Assembly (NCBI GenBank): GCA_016934855.1
Contig: JAFGSA010000024.1
Location: 44,472-108,471, forward strand
Source: Elusimicrobiota bacterium
Lineage (GTDB): Bacteria; CG03; SLGR01; JAFGSA01
Length of the DNA: 64,000 bases
Direction of reading: 5' to 3'
Made by a program: the position numbers and the translations under genes. Under the pieces are notes generated by a model. The model did no database searches. It was not told where the DNA came from and saw only the letters and a program-made list of their open reading frames with translations. This document shows positions 56,438 to 64,000 of the stretch, piece by piece; within the stretch, counting starts at the first letter, position 1; the number at the start of each line of letters is the position of its first letter.

Positions 56438-57829
56438 CTATTGCCTGTTAAATAATTTCTTTAATAAATTAAAAGACGGCTTTCTCAGCAAAGTCGATAC
56501 ATATTTTTTAAAAAACATCGCCGGGTTCCTGTATATAAGCGAACTATTAAAACTTCTATTGAACTTCTCAACCAGTTTCTCAATATCTCCCCTGCTCATA
56601 TCAGGATGGGGAATACTGGCTTTTCTCAAATCTATATCATCGAATTCGCTCATATATTTTTCATATATGCGGCTGCCTGGCAACGGGGAAATAATATTGA
56701 ATGAAGCCGAAGTGAATCCCATTTCCTTTGCGAATCTGTAATCATTATTCATTTCTTCACGGGTCTGTTCGGGAAACCCGCATATAAAAAAAGCATGCAG
56801 GTCTATTCCTATTTTCCTGCAGATATCGACAACAGGCTTGACCATATCAAGTTTCGTCGGTTTATTAATTATATCCTTCAATATACGAGGCGTGCTGCTT
56901 TCCACCGCCAGCGACAGCTGATAACATCCCGATTCTTTCATCAGATGCAGCATTTCCTCATCAAGTCCCCCGACCCATATGCCGCCGGGATTCGCCCATG
57001 ATATACCTAGCTCTTTCAAACCCGTCAACAGCTGTTTCACCCAGACTTTATCAACAATAAAATTTGAATCAATTATATCCAGTTCTTCTATCCGGTACTT
57101 ATTTTTCAGAAACTTTACTTCCGCCAGGCAATCATTTACTTCCCTCTTGCGGTATCCCGCCCTGAACTGGGTAGTCGCGCAGAAGGAGCAATTGAACGGA
57201 CAGCTTCTGGTAAATTCTATCTGCGTCACCCTGTTACTAGGAGAAAATACGCTTGTCGGCATATTTATACCGATATACTTTTCCATAGGTAGCAAATGCC
57301 GGGCAGGCCAAGGTAATTTTTCTAAAGAAATATCATCGCTTCTTACCATGCCGGATCTTTCTCCTTTGACAATAGCGAGTATAGCTCCTTCCCCTTCCCC
57401 GATTACAACATTATCCACGTTTGGATCCGCTATAACAGCTTCAGGCAAAGCGGACGGGTGACAGCCGCCCATTATTGTCCGAATGCTTTTATTTACATCT
57501 TTTGCTATCCCGCATACTCTATGCGCATTATGCGCCTGTCTGGAAAGAAGACACGACACTCCTACGAAATCGGGATTATATTCCCTGATTCTCTTTTTAA
57601 TTTCATCATCTTGTAAGCCGAAAGTGATTTCCCCGTCATCATGAGAGACTTCCGTATTGTAACCTTCGACAATACAGTCAAGCACACACACATCTATCCC
57701 TTCTTTTTCGAGGACAGCCGCGAGATAACCCAGTCCGAGAGGAAAAAGGCATCTTTTCATGGCCTTCTTCGACTGAGTGAACGCCGGCATTATCAACATG
57801 CATTTTGCTTTATTATTATTTTCGCTCAT
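56438..57829 (-). CDS. Cobalamin-dependent radical SAM protein
   Basis: PLGLGYLAAVL, GGCHPS, GEGE, RSCPFNCSFC, AVES, PLPGS. Confidence 0.9.
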   Translation of the reverse strand: MSENNNKAKCMLIMPAFTQSKKAMKRCLFPLGLGYLAAVLEKEGIDVCVLDCIVEGYNTEVSHDDGEITFGLQDDEIKKRIREYNPDFVGVSCLLSRQAHNAHRVCGIAKDVNKSIRTIMGGCHPSALPEAVIADPNVDNVVIGEGEGAILAIVKGERSGMVRSDDISLEKLPWPARHLLPMEKYIGINMPTSVFSPSNRVTQIEFTRSCPFNCSFCATTQFRAGYRKREVNDCLAEVKFLKNKYRIEELDIIDSNFIVDKVWVKQLLTGLKELGISWANPGGIWVGGLDEEMLHLMKESGCYQLSLAVESSTPRILKDIINKPTKLDMVKPVVDICRKIGIDLHAFFICGFPEQTREEMNNDYRFAKEMGFTSASFNIISPLPGSRIYEKYMSEFDDIDLRKASIPHPDMSRGDIEKLVEKFNRSFNSSLIYRNPAMFFKKYVSTLLRKPSFNLLKKLFNRQ

Positions 57830-57845
57830 CGCTAACGACTATTGA

Positions 57846-59792
57846 CTACCCCTTCAATAGGAAATCAATGAATTCATAATTTTTCATCATTGTCCTGCCT
57901 CTTTCTTCCACGGCCCGTTCGCTGAAGCTTTTTACATCGTCTTTTTTTATTCCTTCGCCGTAAACAAGATAAGGAACCAGTTTATCGCTATGCTCCCCGT
58001 TCTCCAAGAGAGTGTAATGGTCCGGCAGGATAGTCATTCTGTACTTTCCGGCGTAATTATCATCAAGATATTTTTTTAGGGGCTTTACGACTTCCCTGTC
58101 TATTTTCTCTATTATCCTTATCTTCCCCTCCAGATTACCGCTGTGAGACTCTTCATCCGGAGCATTCAGATGAAGATATATAAAATCATTATATTTAAGA
58201 GCGTTAATAGTATGCCTGAGCTTTTCTGCGATGTTTGTGTCGCTGTGCCCCGTAGCGCCGTGGATCTTCTTTGCTTCCATCCTGGCCGCAATAGCTATAC
58301 CGCGCATGAAATCCAGGCCGGCTATGACGGCGCCGTCAACACCGTACCTTCCTCTGAATGAAGGCAGGCGGGGCTCTGAGGACGGGCTCCATAAAAATAT
58401 CATATCGGCTTTGGTTCCCATGCTCCTGTTCATAGCTTTTATCTTTTCCGCGGATTTCATTATATATTCATTAAGTTTACCGGATATCTTCTCCGCCGAG
58501 GGAGTTTTGCCTTTCAAGAGCAGTTCCCTGACCGGTTTCCCTATGTTCATATGCGGTTCGGAAGACGAAATCTCACCGGCATTTATACCGGCGTTCCTTA
58601 AAATAAATAAATTGCGGTACCCCTGCCCTGGATATATTTCTATATCTTCACCGGGTATATCCAGTCCCTCTATAATCTTTTTGCCTTTATCATAATCGAT
58701 ATTTTTCGCCGTAAAATCCCTCAATATCCCGTCAGAAACGGATACCAGGTTGCACCTGAACGCTATATCGCCTTCATCCATGAATATATCCTGGGCCAGC
58801 GCCTCGAACGAAGCCCGGCCGTTGGGATAATACCTTAAGGGGTTATATCCCAGCATACCCATATTGGCCACAATACTTCCTACCGGAAGCCCCGGATACA
58901 TTGTCCTCATAAGGCCGGTCTTCCCTTCCCTGGCCAGTTTATCTATAGAAGGTATATCCGCCGCCTCCAGCGGAGTCCTGTTGCCCAGTTTCTCCTGGGG
59001 CATATCCGCCGCGCCGTCTATTATTATAACCACATGCTTCCTTGACGTGAATATCTTCTCCACCCTTACTAAATCGTCGAAACTGTCAAGTTCCGCCCAT
59101 TTTAGTCCCGTTATATCATGAACATATAAAGGAGCGTCTTTAAGGTGTTCCGCAATAACCAGATCGTAATATATGTTTGTATTGCCTTTTTTAACCTCTT
59201 CATCGAGCCAGCGGGAGAACTCTCTGCCGTATTCGCCGGTGAGTTTCAGCACCCCGGTCGATTTAAAATAATTGTCTTTATATTCCGCGAGCTGTCCGCG
59301 TACTATCTTTGTCTCTATTATCCGCCCCTTCTCATCCGAGACTGACAGGCTCCCGTCATAATCTATTCTGAACCTGTCCAGCACCCAGAAGCTCTTCTCC
59401 GCTTTTCTTTCCATAACCGAAGAAAAAAGTTTTTCTTCAAAGAAAGTGTCTCCTTCGATAAGGATCGCACCCTCTTCCAGGTATTTTCTCGCCAGCCAGG
59501 CCGAGTACATGGAATTTGTTTCGTCGTATATATCGTTCCTTATATATGAAATACTCATATTGCGGTACTTTGTTCCGACTTTTTTCTCTACTATCTCACC
59601 AAGGTATCCGATCACTATAACCGTTTCCCTAATGCCGTTTTTCTCGAGTATTTCAAGTGTCTGGTTTATTATAGGTTTGCCGTGAACCTCAGTGAGACAC
59701 TTGGGAACTTCATCCGTGAGTGGTTTAAGCCTGCTGCCCAGGCCGGCAGCCAGAAGAACGGCCTTGTATATTTTCCCGGTGTTATCTTCCAT
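57846..59792 (-). CDS. Fusion of a LicC/PntC-like nucleotidyltransferase and an ApgM-type cofactor-independent phosphoglycerate mutase
   Basis: N: LLAAGLGSRL..LT...PKCL, TNSMYS, EGD, WAELD. C: IIDGAAD, TPLEAA..P..D.LA..G, GS, GRASFEALA, FRCNLV, PDEESHSG, PDHYT, H...VPY. Confidence 0.88.
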   Translation of the reverse strand: MEDNTGKIYKAVLLAAGLGSRLKPLTDEVPKCLTEVHGKPIINQTLEILEKNGIRETVIVIGYLGEIVEKKVGTKYRNMSISYIRNDIYDETNSMYSAWLARKYLEEGAILIEGDTFFEEKLFSSVMERKAEKSFWVLDRFRIDYDGSLSVSDEKGRIIETKIVRGQLAEYKDNYFKSTGVLKLTGEYGREFSRWLDEEVKKGNTNIYYDLVIAEHLKDAPLYVHDITGLKWAELDSFDDLVRVEKIFTSRKHVVIIIDGAADMPQEKLGNRTPLEAADIPSIDKLAREGKTGLMRTMYPGLPVGSIVANMGMLGYNPLRYYPNGRASFEALAQDIFMDEGDIAFRCNLVSVSDGILRDFTAKNIDYDKGKKIIEGLDIPGEDIEIYPGQGYRNLFILRNAGINAGEISSSEPHMNIGKPVRELLLKGKTPSAEKISGKLNEYIMKSAEKIKAMNRSMGTKADMIFLWSPSSEPRLPSFRGRYGVDGAVIAGLDFMRGIAIAARMEAKKIHGATGHSDTNIAEKLRHTINALKYNDFIYLHLNAPDEESHSGNLEGKIRIIEKIDREVVKPLKKYLDDNYAGKYRMTILPDHYTLLENGEHSDKLVPYLVYGEGIKKDDVKSFSERAVEERGRTMMKNYEFIDFLLKG

Positions 59793-61905
59793 CGGACAAC
59801 TCCTGTTCTACCTTGAAGCTTATCATCGTAGCCTGCACCAGCTGCCATAATGGGATAGGGTACCCGTCTCCCTCTTTTACCGCCGCGCCGAATCTTTTTA
59901 GTTCCTCGAAATGCCCTTTATCCTGAACAGCCGTCTCCAGTCCTTTTTCTCCGGAACCGAAGACGGTCAGGGTCTTATAGTCGTCAAGAGAGAGTATCCT
60001 CCCGTCCGAATATACGTCCATTCGCTCCTTGGAAACATCCCTGCTTCCCAAAGCGGTGTATATAAGGCTGCATACCGATCCGTCCGCGTATTTGACGGTG
60101 GCGATAAAATTATCGTTTCTCCTGAATTTATCGTTCCGCGGCGTGATCGAAGAAGCGGTAACGGATGATGCCTCTGCCTCAGTCAGAAAGTTGAACAGGT
60201 CGTATATATGGCAGGCCTCTCCTATATTCCTCCCTCCGCCCTCCTGCGAGTGGACCCAGTGTTCGGCGGGGATAAATCCCGCGTTCATCCTGTAGTTTAC
60301 TATCATAGGATTAATCCTGTCCTTTACTATACTTTTTATCCTGGCGGCGAAGGGGGAGAACCTCCTGTTAAAACCGACCGTAAACGGGGTTTTTTTCTCT
60401 TCCAGGATACCCGTAAGCTCTTCCAGCTCATCCGAGCTAAGCGACATCGGTTTTTCCGTGAATACCGCTTTACCCGCCCGGGCCGCAGCCATCGCCATTT
60501 TCGCATGAAGGTTATGCCTGGTAGTTATAAAAACAGCATCCACGTCTTTATCTTTCATCACCTCGTCGAAATCCGTCGTCGCGTACGAAGCCCGGCACAG
60601 TTTAGCGGTCATCATGGCATTGCCGCCGGCCTTATCAACGACCGCGCGGATATTATACATACCTGAGAGCCTCTCCAAGTTGGGGATGTGCATGCTCTTC
60701 GCGAAACCGCCGGCTCCTACGAGCGCTACGTTCAGCACATCGCGCCCGGCTTTTCTTGCTGATACGACTATCTTCCTGTCCGGGGCAGGATCTCCTTCGT
60801 ATCTAAGAAGCGTTATAAGCGGCCTTCCGGCTCCGCTCAGATCATTAAAAGCCCTGCCCGCATCTTCGACAGGGTATATCTTCTCGATCAGCGGCGCGAT
60901 ATCGAGCGTTTTCTCGCAGAGCATACGCAGGTAATCGGCCATATTCCTGTTCTCCGTCCACCTGACGTACCCGTAGGGATAATCGATGCCGTCTTTCTCG
61001 TACTTTTCGTCATACCTGCCGGGACCGTACGATGTGGATATGAGCACGTCCAGCTCTTTCTTATAAAAATGCTCTCTCTTCAGGTCCATCCCCACGGCGC
61101 CCACTATTATCACTCGCCCTTTTCTCCGGCACATTTCCATGGCCTGGTTGATTATCCCGCTGGATGCGGACGCGGCGGTTATTATAACGGCATCCGCCCC
61201 GCGGCCGCCGGAGAAACTCCCGACCTCCTGCACACTGTCCGCTTTGCCAGGATCTATGCTCCTTGAAAGACCGCAGGAAACGGCAATATCGCCGCGGCGC
61301 CGGTCCGTATCTATGCCTATAACCCTGCAGCCCGCGGCCCTGAGCATCTGAACAGTCAGCTGTCCCAGTATTCCCAATCCTATGACGACGGCTATCTCAC
61401 CTATGCCGCAGCCGGCTCTTCTTACCCCCTGAAGGGCAATGCTCCCGAGCGCAACAGTAGCCGCCTGCTCCATCCCGAGGTTATCCGGTATTTTTACCAG
61501 GAGATTCCTCGGGACCGAGATAAACTCGGCATGATTTGCGATACCCGTTCCCGCGCATGCGACCCTGTCGTGCGCTTTTATATCGACAATGCCTTTACCC
61601 GCCTCAATGACCGTACCTGAGGCGGAATACCCTATGGGTGACCCGGCATTCAGCCTGCCCTTTATCTTCAGTACGGTATTTCCTATACCCTGCTTTTTTA
61701 TCATCTCGAGCAGTTTCTTTACATTCTTCGGTTTCTCTATAAGCTTCTGTATGGGTGATTTCCCGGAGGCCCTGACACTCGATGATTCCGTGCCGGCCGA
61801 TATACATGAATAAGAGACCCGCACTAGCACTTCGTTATCCGCAGTTATGGGCGCAGGTACTTTTTCAAAAAACGCTTTTCCCCTGCCAGCGAAAACCTGT
61901 TTCAT
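59782..61905 (-). CDS. Bi-domain oxidoreductase (MDR/Zn-ADH-like plus Gfo/Idh/MocA)
   Basis: ISAGTE, GLGILG, SYGPGRYD, YVRWTENRN; GAGGFA, EKP, GFNRRF, GEACH. Confidence 0.9.
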   Translation of the reverse strand: MKQVFAGRGKAFFEKVPAPITADNEVLVRVSYSCISAGTESSSVRASGKSPIQKLIEKPKNVKKLLEMIKKQGIGNTVLKIKGRLNAGSPIGYSASGTVIEAGKGIVDIKAHDRVACAGTGIANHAEFISVPRNLLVKIPDNLGMEQAATVALGSIALQGVRRAGCGIGEIAVVIGLGILGQLTVQMLRAAGCRVIGIDTDRRRGDIAVSCGLSRSIDPGKADSVQEVGSFSGGRGADAVIITAASASSGIINQAMEMCRRKGRVIIVGAVGMDLKREHFYKKELDVLISTSYGPGRYDEKYEKDGIDYPYGYVRWTENRNMADYLRMLCEKTLDIAPLIEKIYPVEDAGRAFNDLSGAGRPLITLLRYEGDPAPDRKIVVSARKAGRDVLNVALVGAGGFAKSMHIPNLERLSGMYNIRAVVDKAGGNAMMTAKLCRASYATTDFDEVMKDKDVDAVFITTRHNLHAKMAMAAARAGKAVFTEKPMSLSSDELEELTGILEEKKTPFTVGFNRRFSPFAARIKSIVKDRINPMIVNYRMNAGFIPAEHWVHSQEGGGRNIGEACHIYDLFNFLTEAEASSVTASSITPRNDKFRRNDNFIATVKYADGSVCSLIYTALGSRDVSKERMDVYSDGRILSLDDYKTLTVFGSGEKGLETAVQDKGHFEELKRFGAAVKEGDGYPIPLWQLVQATMISFKVEQELSDGR

Positions 61906-62996
61906 AGTCTTTCCTCCAGCACTTTTACTATTCTGTCCGCAGTCTTGCCGTCCCAGTATCTGGGTATTCTTCCTTTCTTCTTCCTCCCTTCCATGATCCT
62001 CACCGCCTCCCTGGCTATCCTGTCCGGGTCATCGCCTACAAGTATATTTGTGCCTTCGGTTATGGTGACAGGCCTTTCCGTATTCCTGCGGAGAGTGAGA
62101 CAGGGCACGCCCAGCACTGTCGTCTCCTCCTGGATGCCGCCGGAATCGGTCAGGACCAGTTTAGCGTTCATCACCAGCGACATAAAATCCATGTAACCCA
62201 GCGGTCCCGTTAGTATAAGGTTATCCATTTTTTTTATTTTCTTTTTTATTTCCGGATTACTCATACTGTTCATCGTCCGGGGATGTACAGGAAAAACTAT
62301 CTTTATCCTCTTCTGTATAACGTCAAGAGCTTTAAGTATCCCGATAAAGGTTTTCCGGCCGTCCACGTTAGAAGGCCTGTGCAGGGTCAGGAGAGCGTAT
62401 TCTTTTCCGTATTTCTTCCAGTATCCCGAATTCCCGATCCTGGGTTTGAAGGTTTTTAAAGTATCTATCATCGTATTCCCGACAAAAAATATTTTTTTGC
62501 CTGGTATACCCTCATTCAGAAGATTTCTTTTTCCGTCCATGCAGGTGACAAAAAGATAATCCGATATCGCGTCGGTTATAAGGCGGTTTATCTCTTCGGG
62601 CATCTCCCGGTCAAAACTCCTGAGTCCGGATTCTATATGGGCAATCGGTATAAGAAGTTTTGATGCCGTCAGCGAGCAGGCCAGGGTGGAATTAACGTCT
62701 CCCACGACTACGACTATATCGGGTTTTTCGTCGAGACAGACTTTCTCGAATTCCATCATTATCCTTGCAGTCTGCACAGCGTGCGAAGCGGAACCGACGC
62801 CCAGGTAAATATCCGGCGCGGGGAGCCCGAAATCCTTAAAGAAATTACCGGACATATTACTGTCATAATGCTGCCCGGTGTGTACGAGCACGGGTTTGAA
62901 CTTCCCGTTTTTTGCAAGAGCTTTATACACCGGGTATACCTTCATAAAATTGGGCCTGGCCCCCGCTACAAGGATGATTTTTTTCGCAGCCTTCAT
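61902..62996 (-). CDS. wecB: UDP-N-acetylglucosamine 2-epimerase (non-hydrolysing)
   Basis: GARPNFMK, HTGQHYD, GDVNST, ESGLRS, PEEINR, TDSGGIQEE, TERP. Confidence 0.95.
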   Translation of the reverse strand: MKAAKKIILVAGARPNFMKVYPVYKALAKNGKFKPVLVHTGQHYDSNMSGNFFKDFGLPAPDIYLGVGSASHAVQTARIMMEFEKVCLDEKPDIVVVVGDVNSTLACSLTASKLLIPIAHIESGLRSFDREMPEEINRLITDAISDYLFVTCMDGKRNLLNEGIPGKKIFFVGNTMIDTLKTFKPRIGNSGYWKKYGKEYALLTLHRPSNVDGRKTFIGILKALDVIQKRIKIVFPVHPRTMNSMSNPEIKKKIKKMDNLILTGPLGYMDFMSLVMNAKLVLTDSGGIQEETTVLGVPCLTLRRNTERPVTITEGTNILVGDDPDRIAREAVRIMEGRKKKGRIPRYWDGKTADRIVKVLEERL

Positions 62997-63002
62997 GTTC
63001 TC

Positions 63003-63935
63003 TTATGCAAAACTCTCCACGGTTCTTTTAATACCATCCCCGAAATCCACCTCCACCTTATAGCCCAGAAGCTTCTGGGCTTTGGATATATCCGCCTGCG
63101 TGTGCTTTACGTCGCCGGCCCGCGCTGGCAGGTGCTCGAAAGGCACTTTTACGCCGAGGTTTGCCAGTATCCCGTTAGCCACGTCGAGTACGCTGTACCG
63201 GTTGCTGCATGCGACGTTGAAGAGCTGTCCGGATACGTTCTCGGCTTTCGCCGCTAGCAGGTTGGCGTTCACCACGTTCTTCACGTAGGTGAAATCCCGG
63301 GACTGTTTGCCGTCCCCGTGCACCGTAAGCGGTTTTCCCTCCTTCGCCTGCTTGATGAAGATCGGTATTACCGCAGCGTATTTCGACTCGGGGCTCTGCC
63401 TGGGCCCGAATACGTTGAAATACCTCAGGCTCACCGTCTCCAGTCCGAAAGTGTGCGAGAAAGCCCTGCAGTAATGCTCGCCTGTCAGCTTCGAGACAGC
63501 GTAGGGCGATATAGGAAGAGGCCTCTGCGTCTCCACTTTAGGCAGCGCCTCGGTATCGCCGTAAGCCGAAGAAGAGGAAGCGTACACAACCCTTTTTACG
63601 CCCGAATCCCTGGCGGCAATGAGAATATTGAGAGTACCGGTTATATTTACGTCATTGGTCGAAGCCGGATCGTCTACGGACCTGGGAACGGACCTGAGCG
63701 CAGCCTGATGAAGTACATATTTGCAGCCCCGGCAGGCTTTCATAACCGTCCGCATATTCCTTATATCCCCTTTTATGAGCTCTATCCTGCCCTTCAGATG
63801 TTCAAGGTTCTTCCTGAAACCAGTGCAGAAGTTATCCAGGACCACCACCTCTTTTCCCTTTGTGACGAGTTCGTCTACTATATTAGATCCTATAAAGCCC
63901 GCGCCGCCCGTTACGAGATATCTTTCATTCGCCAT
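63003..63935 (-). CDS. UDP-GlcNAc(A) 4-epimerase (WbpP/TviC-like SDR)
   Basis: VTGGAGFIGS, HQAALRSVPRSV, SPYAVSK, LRYFNVFGPRQ, YAAVIP, GDGKQSRDF. Confidence 0.9.
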   Translation of the reverse strand: MANERYLVTGGAGFIGSNIVDELVTKGKEVVVLDNFCTGFRKNLEHLKGRIELIKGDIRNMRTVMKACRGCKYVLHQAALRSVPRSVDDPASTNDVNITGTLNILIAARDSGVKRVVYASSSSAYGDTEALPKVETQRPLPISPYAVSKLTGEHYCRAFSHTFGLETVSLRYFNVFGPRQSPESKYAAVIPIFIKQAKEGKPLTVHGDGKQSRDFTYVKNVVNANLLAAKAENVSGQLFNVACSNRYSVLDVANGILANLGVKVPFEHLPARAGDVKHTQADISKAQKLLGYKVEVDFGDGIKRTVESFA

Positions 63936-63937
63936 GA

Positions 63938-64000
63938 CTATATCCTCACTATTTTTGCTTTACCCTTAAGGTCCAGCGTCACACCCCTGCAGTCTACGAC
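63938..64000 (-). CDS. C-terminal fragment of an upstream gene, possibly a nucleotide-sugar dehydrogenase
   Basis: Reads VVDCRGVTLDLKGKAKIVRI-stop (TAG at 63938-63940), resembling the D-x-R terminal motif of UDP-glucose/GDP-mannose dehydrogenases. Only 20 residues are visible. Confidence 0.45.
   Translation of the reverse strand, partial: VVDCRGVTLDLKGKAKIVRI

Noticed and set aside
1-64000. tRNA, rRNA, CRISPR array, IS or integrase
   Set aside because: The intergenic spaces are too short and no repeat-spacer arrays, terminal inverted repeats or transposase/recombinase motifs were seen.

Overview
The whole window is one uninterrupted minus-strand cell-surface glycan biosynthesis locus of about 57 genes (two cut by the window edges), mostly translationally coupled by ATGA/TAATG overlaps. 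I found no RNA genes, mobile elements or CRISPR arrays. It has three flippases, two paralogous Wzy-like polymerases, a WaaL-like ligase and many GT4 glycosyltransferases. Tailoring modules include a 2-hydroxyethylphosphonate pathway, three CDP-alcohol phosphotransferases, four cobalamin-dependent and two SPASM radical SAM enzymes, a non-canonical ulosonic acid module, a GDP-heptose/branched-sugar module and GDP-mannuronate synthesis. The most unusual elements are: (1) a divergent RtcB RNA-ligase homolog coupled between a methyltransferase/P-loop fusion and a CDP-alcohol phosphotransferase, possibly RtcB guanylylation chemistry reused for glycan decoration; (2) an apparently circularly permuted TagF-like phosphotransferase; (3) a LicC/PntC-like nucleotidyltransferase fused to an ApgM-type mutase; (4) a PEP mutase with EDN in place of the diagnostic EDK motif. 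All calls come from motif recognition by eye; no database searches were run.
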